A stretch of DNA of 64,000 nt, from NCBI GenBank assembly GCA_019358915.1, contig JAHHIM010000007.1, forward strand, positions 48,303-112,302, read 5' to 3'. A program made the translations under genes and the position numbers. Within the stretch, counting starts at the first letter, position 1. Every line of letters begins with the position of its first letter. The notes beneath the pieces were generated by a model. The model saw only the letters and a program-made list of their open reading frames with translations. It did not search any database and was not told where the DNA came from. Origin of the DNA: Trichormus sp. ATA11-4-KO1 (GTDB lineage Bacteria > Cyanobacteriota > Cyanobacteriia > Cyanobacteriales > Nostocaceae). Below, in pieces: positions 1 through 11,212 of this stretch.

Positions 1-1
1 A

Positions 2-64
2 GATTTTGACGCTACTGTCGGTATTCATCCTACAATCGCAGAAGAATTCGTTACTATGCGGTAA
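2..64 (+). CDS. gor: Glutathione reductase, C-terminal end (partial, starts before the window)
   Basis: Manual translation DFDATVGIHPTIAEEFVTMR* contains the HPTxxEE C-terminal motif of glutathione reductase. Confidence 0.8.
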   Translation, partial: DFDATVGIHPTIAEEFVTMR

Positions 65-108
65 TTACGCCCATAGTTGTCATAGTTGCGGACTTAAATC
101 TTTCAATT

Positions 109-747
109 TTGAATTACTACATTTACCTACACGGTTTTGCTTCTAGTCCTCAATCTGCCAAAGCAAAGGATATAAGCGATCACTTTGCTAAAATTCCGCT
201 TAAGCTCAAAATCCCCGATCTAAATGCTGGTGATTTTTCCCAGTTGACAATCACTCGTCAGCTAACTCAAGTTGCAGCAGAATTTCCTCATGATTCTGCC
301 CCAGTGACGCTGATTGGTTCTAGTTTAGGCGGTTTGACATCTGCTCACTTAGCAGAGAAATATCCACAAGTGCAACGCCTAGTTTTACTAGCGCCAGCTT
401 TTGGGTTTTTATCTCATTGGTTGCCTAAGCTAGGAGATGAAGAAATACAGCGTTGGCAACGAGAAAAGTATCTCATGATTCACCATTATGGAGAAGGGCG
501 ATCGCTCCCCCTAAGTTACGATTTCCTGACAGATGCGGCTGAATATCAAGAAGATATGTTGCAACGTCCCATTCCCACTTTGATTTTGCATGGAAAACAA
601 GATGAAGTCATCCCCATTACGGCCAGTCGAGAATTTGCGCGATCTCGTCCTTGGGTAGAATTGATAGAACTCGACAGCGATCACGCTTTAGGCAATGTCA
701 TGGCAGAAATTTGGCAAGCAATTCACCTATTCTGTCAGTTGCCCTAA
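109..747 (+). CDS. YqiA/YcfP-family alpha/beta hydrolase (esterase)
   Basis: [11 protein letters not shown] start, GSSLGG nucleophile elbow, HGxxDEV and SDH catalytic motifs. Confidence 0.85.
   Translation: MNYYIYLHGFASSPQSAKAKDISDHFAKIPLKLKIPDLNAGDFSQLTITRQLTQVAAEFPHDSAPVTLIGSSLGGLTSAHLAEKYPQVQRLVLLAPAFGFLSHWLPKLGDEEIQRWQREKYLMIHHYGEGRSLPLSYDFLTDAAEYQEDMLQRPIPTLILHGKQDEVIPITASREFARSRPWVELIELDSDHALGNVMAEIWQAIHLFCQLP
498..505. repeat. HIP1 octamer GCGATCGC (representative copy; dozens across the window)
   Basis: For example 498-505 and 1044-1051, with many more in and between genes. Confidence 0.95.
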
Positions 748-821
748 AGCTTTACAATATAAGACCGATTCTTGGAAAATCCAGATGCAATCTGATAAGT
801 CTTAATTACGAATTAAATTAT

Positions 822-1973
822 ATGCTCCCCTTTATCCGGTCAGATTTAGCTCAATTCACTGCTTACAAGCCCCACCCCAGCAGCGATACAGCCGCAGCAG
901 TTCCCGTGCAGCTTGATCGGCTAGATACGAATGAAAGCCCTTATGATTTGCCGCCTGAGTTAAAAGAAAAACTGGCTTGGACATATCAGCAGGTAATTGA
1001 AACAAATCGTTATCCTGATGGGGGACATGAGACACTTAAAAACGCGATCGCACAGTACGTTAATGAGTCAGCGTTCATCTCATCATCTCTGTTGACTGCT
1101 GCCAATATTTCTGTGGGCAATGGTTCAGATGAACTAATTCGCTCTTTATTAATCGCCACTTGTCTGGGAGGAGAAGGGGCAATTTTAGTTGCTCATCCCA
1201 CTTTCTCGATGTACGGGATTTTGGCAAAAACTTTGGGAATTCCTGTGGTAACGGTGGACAGAAATAAAGATAATTTTGAAATTGATTTAACAACTGCACA
1301 GTCAGCCTTAGAACAAACTCAAAATCCGCCGATTCGGGTAGTTTTTGTTGTCCATCCCAATTCCCCGACTGGTAATTGTTTAACTGCGGCAGAATTAACT
1401 TGGTTAAAAAGTTTAAGTGAGCAAATTTTGGTAGTAATTGATGAAGCTTACTTTGAATTTAGCCAGACTACCTTAGTAGCTGAATTAGCACAGCGTCCTA
1501 ACTGGGTTATATTACGTACTTTTTCTAAAGCCTTCCGTTTAGCAGCGCTGCGCGTTGGTTATTGTGTTGCCCATCCAGAAGCGATCGCTATTTTAGAAAA
1601 AGTCCGCTTACCTTATAATCTTCCCAGTTTCTCCATTGCTGGGGCACTAGCTACTTTGCAAAATCGCCAACTTTTGCTAGGCTCAATTTCCCAAACTTTA
1701 CACGAGCGAGACAAACTCAAAGCAGCTCTATCCCAACATCCCAGATTACAAGTTACAGAAAGTGCCGCTAACTTTATTTTCCTGCGTCTCCAACCAAATG
1801 TCTTTGATCCACAAGACAATACTTTAAAAAATCTTCACCAACAACTGAAAAATTCTGGCACAATTGTCCGCGAGATTAGCCAAGGATTGCGAATTACTAT
1901 CGGTACATCTGAGGAAAACGCTCGTACCTTCAAGAGAATACAAGCTGCTTTAACAAACCTTGATTCTCAATAA
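822..1973 (+). CDS. hisC: Histidinol-phosphate aminotransferase
   Basis: [27 protein letters not shown] and [19 protein letters not shown]-lysine motif; start set at ATG 822. Confidence 0.92.
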   Translation: MLPFIRSDLAQFTAYKPHPSSDTAAAVPVQLDRLDTNESPYDLPPELKEKLAWTYQQVIETNRYPDGGHETLKNAIAQYVNESAFISSSLLTAANISVGNGSDELIRSLLIATCLGGEGAILVAHPTFSMYGILAKTLGIPVVTVDRNKDNFEIDLTTAQSALEQTQNPPIRVVFVVHPNSPTGNCLTAAELTWLKSLSEQILVVIDEAYFEFSQTTLVAELAQRPNWVILRTFSKAFRLAALRVGYCVAHPEAIAILEKVRLPYNLPSFSIAGALATLQNRQLLLGSISQTLHERDKLKAALSQHPRLQVTESAANFIFLRLQPNVFDPQDNTLKNLHQQLKNSGTIVREISQGLRITIGTSEENARTFKRIQAALTNLDSQ

Positions 1974-1977
1974 TTAA

Positions 1978-2493
1978 TTATTTAAACCTGCCACCCAATT
2001 CGTTACCCAAACGGCGTACTATCCCCACCGTTTGTGGTAGCACTCCTACTAAAAGCGCAAAGGCAATATCAGGCATCAGCGCCACCATTTCTGGTGGAAA
2101 GTATTGTTCAAACTGATCTAAAATCTTCTGAACTCGCTGTTGAGGCAAGGGATTTTCTGTAATTTGCTTGATTAGGCGAATCCATTGTCGCCTAATTAAG
2201 TAAGCTTTCTGACGATCCTCATAAGATTCGGGAGTTAATAAAGATAAATTACCTATAGGCAATACCCTTTCACAATCACTATCATAATTCCCGCCAACTG
2301 CTGCACCCGGCCCAGCAAATTCTGCATGATAGCGTTTAAAGAGTATTAACCCATTGCGTTTACGACTATTGACAACGAAAACCTTTCCACTGTGCAAAAG
2401 TGTGAGGATATCCGAGCCATATGATTGCTCAGTTCCATCTGGCATGACAACATGGTCAAGGAAACTAATGTCAGGGTAATAAGTTGATACCAT
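1978..2493 (-). CDS. Conserved cyanobacterial protein, degenerate Crp/Fnr-like
   Basis: Beta-rich AEFAGPGAAVGG segment, long helix and C-terminal ALLVGVLPQTV resembling a Crp HTH; start uncertain (ORF extends to 2547). Confidence 0.55.
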   Translation of the reverse strand: MVSTYYPDISFLDHVVMPDGTEQSYGSDILTLLHSGKVFVVNSRKRNGLILFKRYHAEFAGPGAAVGGNYDSDCERVLPIGNLSLLTPESYEDRQKAYLIRRQWIRLIKQITENPLPQQRVQKILDQFEQYFPPEMVALMPDIAFALLVGVLPQTVGIVRRLGNELGGRFK

Positions 2494-3429
2494 AGCAGCT
2501 TGATAGCGTCGGTAGTTTTCGCTATCCATGTTTTCTCGAACTTGCAAATAAATTGGTAGAGTTATGCACTTCCTGCGGGAACTAGCCGTTAAATCAAATT
2601 ATAGTTTTGATTTTTATTAAACTTGCTTGATAACAAAAATTCACTTGTTAATTTAACTAAGATAAAAAAATCAGGATTGGGTCAGTCAATAATTAATCAT
2701 ATTTTATGAGATTTCCTGGGATTTGTCTTGGCAAATCATCTGCGATTCTTTAAAGTTTTTATAAAGATGAATATATTAAATACAAAGTTACTATGAGGGG
2801 GTTTGAGTTTGATTAAGCGTAATTTTACGGATGACCTACTATAGTCCATCTTTTATATTTAAAATCATTTACTATTTAGCTGTTATCTCTAATTCACATA
2901 ACATATTATGCACAACTAAAATACTACACATTTGAGTTGTTTTTGAGAATTTAGCCTAAAAACCATCTTGTTAAATCTCTAAAGATGATCTTCTTAGGGA
3001 TAGCAGTGGTACATTTCTTCTCTACTTATAAATCCTTTGAGTAAAGGATAAAATACTCTGTACTCTAGTAGTGATTTGGTTTGCTAAACTTGTAAATTTT
3101 TCTGCAAGTTTTGATTGTTTGACATAACTAGCAATTAACTCTGGCATTAGTTATAAATATTGATTGTGAGTGGGGAATTACTTCCAACCAGCTTTGATAT
3201 CGAGAATAACACCAATTCAAGATAAATCAGGCTAATAAACCAGGTTTTTCTCTGCTGTTAAAACCAATTTTCTTGTTTGTGTGCATAAAAGAACTAGGTT
3301 GCCAGAGTTACTAAATTAATAGTTTAAATTTCAATTACCTGAGCCTGTATTCTAGTTGGCGATACCCATAACAGCTTTTGTACCAAACTGATTGCCACAT
3401 CAAACTTTTATACTTTCTCCCAGAAAATC

Positions 3430-4089
3430 TCAGATAAATGAATCAATGTTCAGGTGCTTGTGCAATAATATCTGTCGGGGGCGTTTGATTAAAAACGTAT
3501 TCCAATGAGATTCTAATTTATGCGCCTTATATCCTAGCTTGAAATAAAGTTGCCGTGCATGATGGTTATTTTCCAAAACATGCAGGTATAAGTCTTGGAA
3601 TCCCCATTCACGAGAGACTTTTTCCGAGCTAAGTAGTAGCTCGGAAGCTACACCATGTCTACGGTATTTGGGGTGAACAGCTAAATTAGACAGATAGGGA
3701 AAACTCTTGCCAACCTGTATCCATGAATCACTGAAACGCACACCCACTTCTACAGTTCCCACTAAGTTATTAGTTAAACCAGTAGTAGTGTCAATCGCAA
3801 CCAAACAAACATGGTGGGGTGCAGGTGATGACAAACGATGTCTGAGGTCTTCGTAAATACCCAAACGTAGCAGAGGAAAAGCCCATCCCCAAAAACCATC
3901 CTGGGAGTGAAAGCTTTCGGCAATGATTTGGGCAATACCAGTCAAATCAGCAGGTGTAGCCGCACGAATCTGAAATTGCCAGGAAGCTTGTTCGGCGGAA
4001 GAGATGACTGGCTCTTGGCGGTAATGATCAAAAAACCAGGATGTCAAGGCTAGTTTAGTATTGATTTTATTAAACGCAAATCTTCTCAA
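3430..4089 (-). CDS. GNAT-family N-acetyltransferase
   Basis: YLSNLAVHPKYRRHGVA acetyl-CoA motif A and LHVLENN..ARQLY.KLGY motif B; start uncertain. Confidence 0.88.
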   Translation of the reverse strand: MRRFAFNKINTKLALTSWFFDHYRQEPVISSAEQASWQFQIRAATPADLTGIAQIIAESFHSQDGFWGWAFPLLRLGIYEDLRHRLSSPAPHHVCLVAIDTTTGLTNNLVGTVEVGVRFSDSWIQVGKSFPYLSNLAVHPKYRRHGVASELLLSSEKVSREWGFQDLYLHVLENNHHARQLYFKLGYKAHKLESHWNTFLIKRPRQILLHKHLNIDSFI

Positions 4090-4615
4090 ATATCCTCAAA
4101 CACTGTATAAGCTATGTGAAAACTGAAATTAGCTGAAAACACTGAGTTGGTATTGAGATTTTAACTGAGTATGAGTTATTGAATCCAAGATGGTGTTGAC
4201 GCTGCTAATACTGGCGCTTCCTTCATAATGTAATAATTTTCTCATGAATGATTATAGTATCCTTAGTGTATCTAGTTTGCCTATAGCTGTACTGAGTAAA
4301 GTTACAATATTTTAAATTAAATTAATCAATTCATAACTTGTAAGTTGCATTTTTTGTGCTGAAAGCAACATCAGGTTATCAGTTTCCGTATGCTTGTGAT
4401 TTCAAATCTTGTTCTCAGTAAATTCTCAGCAATAACTCAGATTGATATGAGTAAATTAGATCTGAGCTTTGCAATTACGACATAATAATTTTCGCTTTTC
4501 ACTTTTGTAATGGTGAGGACTTGACGAATTCTTACTTTTAAGTAATTTTAGCAAGCAATTTCCATTATAGCGAGAATTATGTCTTGAAATACCTCCAAAT
4601 TATCATTAGGAAATC

Positions 4616-5455
4616 ATGACTCATCAAAGAATTATTGCTATGACATTGGGGGTTGTCTCAACTCTGACAATGGCATCAGCAGCGTCAGCAGCAACACTCA
4701 AAGTAACTATCGAAAACCTAGCGCCACAACAAGGTATTGTTGTAACTCCCTTGTGGGTTGGCTTTCATGATGGAACTTTTGACATTTTCAACGTAGGTGA
4801 AGCAGCTTCCGAAAGCTTAGAACGTCTAGCCGAAGATGGTGCAACTGCACCTATTGCCAGTGACTTTTTAGCTAGTGGTGCTGGAGTAGTTGAAGGAACA
4901 ATTTTCGGTCCCGGTATCAGTCCTACATCACCACCAGTTATTCCACCAGGTGCGATCGCTACCCAAAGATTTCAGATTGATGGTAGTTTGGCTAGTAGTC
5001 GCTACTTTAGCTACGGTGCAATGATTGTTCCTAGCAATGACGCTTTCATCGCTAATGACAACCCACTAGCTTTCCGGATTTTCGATGATCTTGGTAACTT
5101 CCTTGGTGCTGATTTTATAGTCTCTGGAAATAGAATTTGGGATGCCGGTACTGAAGTTAACGATGAAATTCCAGAAAACACTGCACTTCTGGGACAGACA
5201 GTACCTAATACTGGTGTAACTGAAAATGGTCTAGTTACGCTGCATCCTGGCTTCATCCCAGGCGGCAATATTTTGTCTGCGTTTCCCAATGCAGATTTTA
5301 CAACTCTCGCCTCTCCCAGCTATCAAGTAGTACGTATCAGAGTTGAGCAAGTGCCAGAACCAGGTAGTACACTTGGGCTATTAATTGCTGGTAGTTTGTT
5401 AGGGCTAGGGTATTGTGTGCGTCGGCCAGCCATTTTCCGCAATAGACAAATTTAA
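4616..5455 (+). CDS. Secreted spondin-domain protein with PEP-CTERM sorting signal
   Basis: Signal peptide (ASA-A), LERLAEDG, MIVPSNDAF and WDAGTEVN spondin motifs, and VPEPGSTLGLL + TM + basic tail. Confidence 0.85.
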   Translation: MTHQRIIAMTLGVVSTLTMASAASAATLKVTIENLAPQQGIVVTPLWVGFHDGTFDIFNVGEAASESLERLAEDGATAPIASDFLASGAGVVEGTIFGPGISPTSPPVIPPGAIATQRFQIDGSLASSRYFSYGAMIVPSNDAFIANDNPLAFRIFDDLGNFLGADFIVSGNRIWDAGTEVNDEIPENTALLGQTVPNTGVTENGLVTLHPGFIPGGNILSAFPNADFTTLASPSYQVVRIRVEQVPEPGSTLGLLIAGSLLGLGYCVRRPAIFRNRQI

Positions 5456-5593
5456 CTAACTTTTTTTGAGTTTCTTGAGTTTTCAGGGCGTATTCCGCAT
5501 CACTTAACTTTTGTGTTCACTTTTCAAAATTATCAACGACATCTGAAGAAAAGTAACTCAGTGTCTACGCCTTTACATCAGTTGTAAATAGTA

Positions 5594-5625
5594 AAAAGCC
5601 GTGCAACTTAAGTTGCACGGCTTTT
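5594..5625. terminator. Perfect 32-bp palindrome, likely bidirectional terminator
   Basis: AAAAGCCGTGCAACTT|AAGTTGCACGGCTTTT between the convergent PEP-CTERM gene and arsS. Confidence 0.65.
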
Positions 5626-5856
5626 AATATAGTGTGAGGAGCTTAACTAAGTACCATCATAAAGTAATGCCAAAGTGGCAAGATGCTCGTAACAATTTTG
5701 GTAACGGAAATTTTTTGATGCGTTAACGTTAGCACTACTGAAGTAAATTAGCATTGTCCTTTCGTTAGATTGTAACTCCAAGCAGCTTCTGTAACTACCT
5801 GATAATTAGAGACAAATAAATTAAAAATTTCACCATTTTTAACTGAATAATTGATT

Positions 5857-6843
5857 TTAGAGCAAAGCACCGCCACAGCTGGAGCCACATCCCGCAGTAC
5901 AACCGTAGCAATAGTTAGCTGTTTGGATATCATTAATTAAGTTTAAACTGCCAAATTCTAGCAATTTGGCGACTGTGAGTGATTCACCATTGGTAGTTTT
6001 TGCAGGTAGATTCATCATCTGGTTAAAATCGCAATCATACACGTTGCCTAGGTAGTCAATTGATAATTCATCTCGACACATTAAATGTTCAACTGTACTG
6101 TGATTGAAATGCGACTCTAGAAACTGCAAATAGCTAGTATGCAGCTTTTTCCGTTCTAAATGCATTTTAGTTCTGCCAACTGGCAGGTTAGTAATGGTGA
6201 ATAGGTTGTTAAATACAATGTCAAAATGTTCTTGCAAGAACATTTTGTAATCTCGCTCTAGGTTAGTCTGTTCAGGCGCTAAGGAGAACTTTTCATTTGC
6301 AGGTAAAGGCGGATTATACACCAAGTCCAAAATTAAATTTGGTTTCTTGCCATAGCCGAGTTGATTAAGCCATTGTAATGCTTTAATTGAACTGTCAAAA
6401 ACACCAGTTCCCCGCATTTTATCGACATTATCTGCTAGGTAGCAAGGCATGGAAGCAACAACTCTCACTTGGTGTTTAGCACAGTATTCTGGTAAATCAC
6501 CGAACCCATCTTCAAAATAAATGGTCAAATTAGACCGAACAATCACCTGTTTACCTGTTGATCTGGCTGCTTCTACCAGTGGCTTAAATCCATAATTAAT
6601 CTCTGGTGCGCCACCAGTTAAATCTACAGTTTGAATTTCGGGGAATTTGTAAATTAAAGCAATTAACTGTTCGCAAATTTGAGGAGATAGTTCTTCTGTG
6701 CGTTTCGGACTTGCTTCGACATGACAATGTGTGCAGGCAAGGTTACAACGCTTACCCAAATTAATTTGTAAAACAGATATATTCTTTTTTGTTAAAGGAG
6801 AATTTAATTTATCTTTAAATGTATTGATTGCTGTAGTTAGCAT
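5857..6843 (-). CDS. arsS: Arsenosugar biosynthesis radical SAM protein ArsS
   Basis: QINLGKRCNLACTHCHV (CxxxCxxC), DLTGGAPE, YDCDFNQ and C-terminal CYGCTAGCGSSCGG; co-oriented with arsM. Confidence 0.85.
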   Translation of the reverse strand: MLTTAINTFKDKLNSPLTKKNISVLQINLGKRCNLACTHCHVEASPKRTEELSPQICEQLIALIYKFPEIQTVDLTGGAPEINYGFKPLVEAARSTGKQVIVRSNLTIYFEDGFGDLPEYCAKHQVRVVASMPCYLADNVDKMRGTGVFDSSIKALQWLNQLGYGKKPNLILDLVYNPPLPANEKFSLAPEQTNLERDYKMFLQEHFDIVFNNLFTITNLPVGRTKMHLERKKLHTSYLQFLESHFNHSTVEHLMCRDELSIDYLGNVYDCDFNQMMNLPAKTTNGESLTVAKLLEFGSLNLINDIQTANYCYGCTAGCGSSCGGALL

Positions 6844-6894
6844 TATTTATTACTCCTGATAAGTGATTAATTATGGGAAAAAGTTAAGTTTTGC

Positions 6895-7851
6895 TCATTG
6901 CAATAATCTATAGGTGATTCCACTAATAATTGTGGCAGTAGGTAAAGTTAAAATCCACGAAACTAGAATCTGATAAAAAACATGCGTATGGGCTTTTTTG
7001 GTAATTAGTCCCACACCAAAAATAGAACTAACTGAAACTAGAGTCGTAGACACAGGCAATCCAAAATAACTAGCCGCAATAACCAAAAATCCAGTTGCCA
7101 TGTTGGCAGATAACCCTTGATTGCAATTCATTGAAGTGATTTTTTCACTCATGGTGTGTGCAATTTTTTGTGAGTTTAATAAACCACCAAGTCCCATTGC
7201 CATTGCTATTGTTAGCATTCCTCCCTGAATTGAAAAATAATCAATAATCAGAATGAGTGAAACAATCTTGGGAGTATCATTTAAGCCTCTCGTAAAACTA
7301 ATCATACCAGCACTAATAAAATGACAAATATCAATTATTCGCTGGTCAATTGGCAGTTGCAATTTTGAATTAATATAGTGTAATAAATTGTAAATTCCTG
7401 CTCCTAATAAAATAGCAATAATAGGACTAAGAAATAGTGGTAAGATAAAAGAGCTTCCCAAAACTGCAAAATTAACTTTGAGTCCAATAGCCACTAGTCC
7501 AGCACCGAGTAATGCACCTGTGATAGTGTGAGTTGTGGAGATGGGAAATCCGGTCAAGGCAGCGATTAGCACGGTCAAACCAGTAGTAATTGCTACTGAC
7601 AAATGAATTTCTGGTACATTAGCGATCGCATCTGGAAATATGCCTTGACCAGTAAACTTTTCTACAACACTGCTTGCCAAGAAAATAGAAGTTACGGCAC
7701 CTGCAAAAGTTGTCACACTAGCCCACAAAATGGCTGTTTGATAGCTGGTTGTCCGGCTACCAAACAGCGTTGCTACACCTTTAAAGTTATCGTTGGCTCC
7801 ATGAGAATAGGCTAAAAAAAGTGTAGCCAGAAATAAACTGATTATTAACAT
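6895..7851 (-). CDS. PiT-family inorganic phosphate transporter
   Basis: HGANDN, PISTTH, GLNDTP and GLPVSTT signatures, many TM segments; start set at ATG 7851. Confidence 0.85.
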   Translation of the reverse strand: MLIISLFLATLFLAYSHGANDNFKGVATLFGSRTTSYQTAILWASVTTFAGAVTSIFLASSVVEKFTGQGIFPDAIANVPEIHLSVAITTGLTVLIAALTGFPISTTHTITGALLGAGLVAIGLKVNFAVLGSSFILPLFLSPIIAILLGAGIYNLLHYINSKLQLPIDQRIIDICHFISAGMISFTRGLNDTPKIVSLILIIDYFSIQGGMLTIAMAMGLGGLLNSQKIAHTMSEKITSMNCNQGLSANMATGFLVIAASYFGLPVSTTLVSVSSIFGVGLITKKAHTHVFYQILVSWILTLPTATIISGITYRLLQ

Positions 7852-7868
7852 TTTTGGGGCGTTAAAAG

Positions 7869-8837
7869 TTAACAGCAACCACCGCCATTATAGTGCCAGG
7901 TTGAATGGGTAATCATGATTTCATTTGGCTGTAAAGCTGCAAGTTTAGCCGCAGTTTTATCACACACTGCCGCAGGAATACCACGCTGAAGCAGATGTCC
8001 CGCCGAGTCATCAAAAAAAGATTCTGCACCAGCATAAATTGCCGTCTTGCCTGTGAATATACAAGCACCATCTTCGGGAATATCTACTTTGAAACAAACA
8101 GAATCGAGACTTTCTAGCAGGAGATTGTCTTCTAGATGATACGTCTGAGAATCTAGCAGACGATAAGGGCGACGGGCACGAATTTCAATTTGACCAAAAC
8201 CAGCATTGATGATGCGTTGAGTATACTCTTCATAGGTGAGCGCCCCTGACAAACACATGGCGCGTAGTCGTTCATCTTGTTGTAGATGTGCGGGAATTGG
8301 ACAAGTCGCAATAGGATCACTCATCTGCAAGCGTCCACCTGGTTTTAACACCCGATATGCTTCTTTTAAAGCACGAGTTAAATCTTCTGGTTCAAAGATG
8401 TTAAAAAGGCAATTCTGCGCCACGATATCGACGCTAGCGTCAGCTACTGGTAGGTTAAAGGCATCACCTGCACGAATTTCCACAAAGCTGGTATCAAACC
8501 AGGCATTTTCTGTAGCAGCAATTTTGAGGTTACGTGTGGCAGCTTCTCGCATAGCTGCAACTGGTTCAATGGCAATTACAGCACCTGAACGGCGGGAAAA
8601 ATAAGCGAATTGCAATGCTTCTAACCCACCGCCAACACCAACATAAAGTACTGTGGGTTGGTGGGAAAGTTCAGTGTGGTGAACAGTTGTACCACAACCA
8701 TAGTTCATTTCCTGCATTGGCAAAGGAATGTTCAATCCTGGTAATTGCAGGGACGTACTTTGGACACAACAAAGTCCTACTTGCGGTGTTTCTGCCACTT
8801 CACTATAAAACTGTGCTGCTGTTTCTAGATAGGTCAT
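7869..8837 (-). CDS. arsM: Arsenite S-adenosylmethyltransferase (arsenosugar-type ArsM)
   Basis: GLCC, NYGCG, YVGVGGG SAM motif, QNCLFN, MCLSGA and C-terminal GGCC. Confidence 0.85.
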   Translation of the reverse strand: MTYLETAAQFYSEVAETPQVGLCCVQSTSLQLPGLNIPLPMQEMNYGCGTTVHHTELSHQPTVLYVGVGGGLEALQFAYFSRRSGAVIAIEPVAAMREAATRNLKIAATENAWFDTSFVEIRAGDAFNLPVADASVDIVAQNCLFNIFEPEDLTRALKEAYRVLKPGGRLQMSDPIATCPIPAHLQQDERLRAMCLSGALTYEEYTQRIINAGFGQIEIRARRPYRLLDSQTYHLEDNLLLESLDSVCFKVDIPEDGACIFTGKTAIYAGAESFFDDSAGHLLQRGIPAAVCDKTAAKLAALQPNEIMITHSTWHYNGGGCC

Positions 8838-9040
8838 TATGGTCTTAATCTTGTATATTGCCGTGTAGATTTCACTCTGTGCATCCTAATATAACTAACC
8901 ATGATTTAAATGAATTTTTCCTGAGAGCAAGATAACCTGCAAATGCTTATACAATAGGCTTGTTTGGCACAGCAGCATCAACAGGAATGACCGTGCGAAT
9001 ATCCAAGCCCTCCACAAAGTGTAGCGGATTTGGAGATAAT

Positions 9041-9715
9041 TCACTCACGCAAGACGTAGCCGACACCACGCACAGTTTGAATCAGGCGCTTTTCGTTATT
9101 GGTTTCGAGTTTCAGGCGCAGGTAACGCACGTACACTTCAATAATGTTGGAATCGCCCATGAAGTCATAACCCCAGACTTCCTCTAGAATGCGATCGCGT
9201 GTAATTACCTGTCGCGGATGAGTGAGTAAATACTCTAGTAAATCAAATTCTTTGGCAGTTAAATCAATTAACCTCTGTCCCCTAAACACTTCTCGTGTGC
9301 GCCGATTCAAACTCAAGTCTTCAAATTCTAAAATATCTGCGGCGTCTGCTTCCTTACTTCTGCGCAGATGAGCGCGGACTCTGGCTAATAATTCTTCAAC
9401 GCTGAAGGGTTTAACTACGTAGTCGTCAGCACCAGCATCTAAGCCGGCAACGCGATCGCTCACTTCATCTTTAGCCGTTAATAAAATTACTGGCACTTGA
9501 TCGCCAGTACTTCGCAGGCGGCGACAAATTTCTAAGCCCGACAAACCAGGCAGCATCCAATCTAAAATTACTAAGTCTGGATGTAACTCTCTCGCTGCGG
9601 TGAGCGCAGTTAATCCATCGTAGGCGACACTGACTTGATAGCCTTCATAACTTAGTTCCAATTCTATAAATCGCGCCAGTTTGACTTCATCTTCAACCAG
9701 CAAGACGTGCGTCAT
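9041..9715 (-). CDS. OmpR-family response regulator (no adjacent kinase)
   Basis: [22 protein letters not shown] and winged-helix IQTVRGVGY. Confidence 0.93.
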   Translation of the reverse strand: MTHVLLVEDEVKLARFIELELSYEGYQVSVAYDGLTALTAARELHPDLVILDWMLPGLSGLEICRRLRSTGDQVPVILLTAKDEVSDRVAGLDAGADDYVVKPFSVEELLARVRAHLRRSKEADAADILEFEDLSLNRRTREVFRGQRLIDLTAKEFDLLEYLLTHPRQVITRDRILEEVWGYDFMGDSNIIEVYVRYLRLKLETNNEKRLIQTVRGVGYVLRE

Positions 9716-9904
9716 AGATGATGTTAAGGATTTCAGCAGGGTAAGTTAAGCAACAAATACAGACTGGTAACACTTTAGAGAGGTGCTGAGGCTAATAAAT
9801 AGCCAGACATCTAATTAGGTTGACTTAGCTTAGTATAGATTTGAGTAAGTAACAACCGTAAGTCTGTAATTACCGATAGCTGCTGAGCAAACCACTACCC
9901 AACT

Positions 9905-10192
9905 TTAGCAATAAGCTGTAACGTCTTCACCACATTCATCTGCAAGGTAGCAAAGCGCTTTGAAACGCAGACTTACTAACTGCTCATAAAAAGGGTTTAA
10001 TTTACACATTGCCGGAATGTGAAACAGCTGTTGACCAAATAGTATAATATCTCTTTCAAACGGGCATTGGGCAGGTATAGCTCTACACAAGAAATGCGCT
10101 AGCTTGGCATGATGAATTTCTCTACTTTCCAACCACACACGAACTAGGTGCAGTAGGTTGTTTTGTACCCGGATATGAGTCAAGCTTGTCAT
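9905..10192 (-). CDS. Small 'Mo-dependent nitrogenase C-terminal domain' family protein
   Basis: IPAQCPFERDI, HIPAMCKLNPFYEQL, LRFKALCYLADECGED..YC; start set at ATG 10192. Confidence 0.8.
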   Translation of the reverse strand: MTSLTHIRVQNNLLHLVRVWLESREIHHAKLAHFLCRAIPAQCPFERDIILFGQQLFHIPAMCKLNPFYEQLVSLRFKALCYLADECGEDVTAYC

Positions 10193-10453
10193 AATTTCAC
10201 CTTCAGAATTCATTAGCTGGGAAGCTCTATACAATACATACATTTGAGTTCTGTGATTTTATGCAACGATTGTTTGTTCCTGGATTTGCCATATTTAACT
10301 ACAAATGCACGTCTTGGTGTTCCAGACGTTTGGCTAAACGCTAGGCTAGATATAGTGTTTCCAGGTTGTGTCCATTGCCATACGTTTCGGGTAAAGAAGA
10401 AGGGTTTAAATTTACCCCTTCACCTTTTCCCAAACCACAAGGGAGGTTGATTT

Positions 10454-11077
10454 ATGACTCATAACTTTCTCGGTAACAAAAAGCTACTCTTTGACCAATG
10501 GGCACCAAGCTACGATTGGCTTTTCCCTTCGATAATTTACCAAGCTATCCACAAGCGGTTGCTGGAGTATGTGGATTTACCAAAGCAAGCAAATATACTT
10601 GACATGGGCTGTGGTACTGGAAGACTACTTCAGCGCTTGGCAACTAAATTTCCTGACTTGTGTGGTACTGGATTAGATTTATCTTCTAATATGTTGCGGA
10701 TAGCAAGACTGAGCAATCACCACCATCCACGCTTAATTTATATTGAGGGCAACGCTGAAGCTCTTCCCTTTGGTGAAGGTCAGTTTGATGCTGTCTTTAG
10801 CACTATCAGCTTCTTGCACTATTTAGCACCGCAACAGGTGTTGAGTCAAGTGGCGCGGGTGCTTTCTCCTGGTGGACGCTTCTATCTAGTTGACATCACC
10901 ACCAAAAAAGAAACCAAACCACAAGTTCTGCCCATCTCTCCTCGTGGTATCAGACTTTACAGTCCTCAGCAACGTGAACTTTTAGGCTCCTCGGCGGGAT
11001 TGTTGTGTTTGAGTCACTATTATTTACTAGGGCCTGTATTGCTAACAATTTTTGCTAAACCACCCTTAGATGAATAG
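10454..11077 (+). CDS. Class I SAM-dependent methyltransferase
   Basis: LDMGCGTG, GLDLSSNML, LPF...FDAV and RVLSPGG motifs. Confidence 0.9.
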   Translation: MTHNFLGNKKLLFDQWAPSYDWLFPSIIYQAIHKRLLEYVDLPKQANILDMGCGTGRLLQRLATKFPDLCGTGLDLSSNMLRIARLSNHHHPRLIYIEGNAEALPFGEGQFDAVFSTISFLHYLAPQQVLSQVARVLSPGGRFYLVDITTKKETKPQVLPISPRGIRLYSPQQRELLGSSAGLLCLSHYYLLGPVLLTIFAKPPLDE

Positions 11078-11212
11078 ATCATACATTTTGATATTATGAT
11101 CGCCTAATCTCTAGGCAGCAAAGAGGCGATCGCTAACAATTATAAAAATCGCAGGTCTTCATAATCTTAGCATTTTTATCTTGACATTTTGCTAAATAAA
11201 TGATATTCAAAA

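Noticed and set aside
9905..10192. Nitrogenase or nif cluster
   Set aside because: The domain name is historical; the small protein has no nif context and no NifD/K/H motifs.
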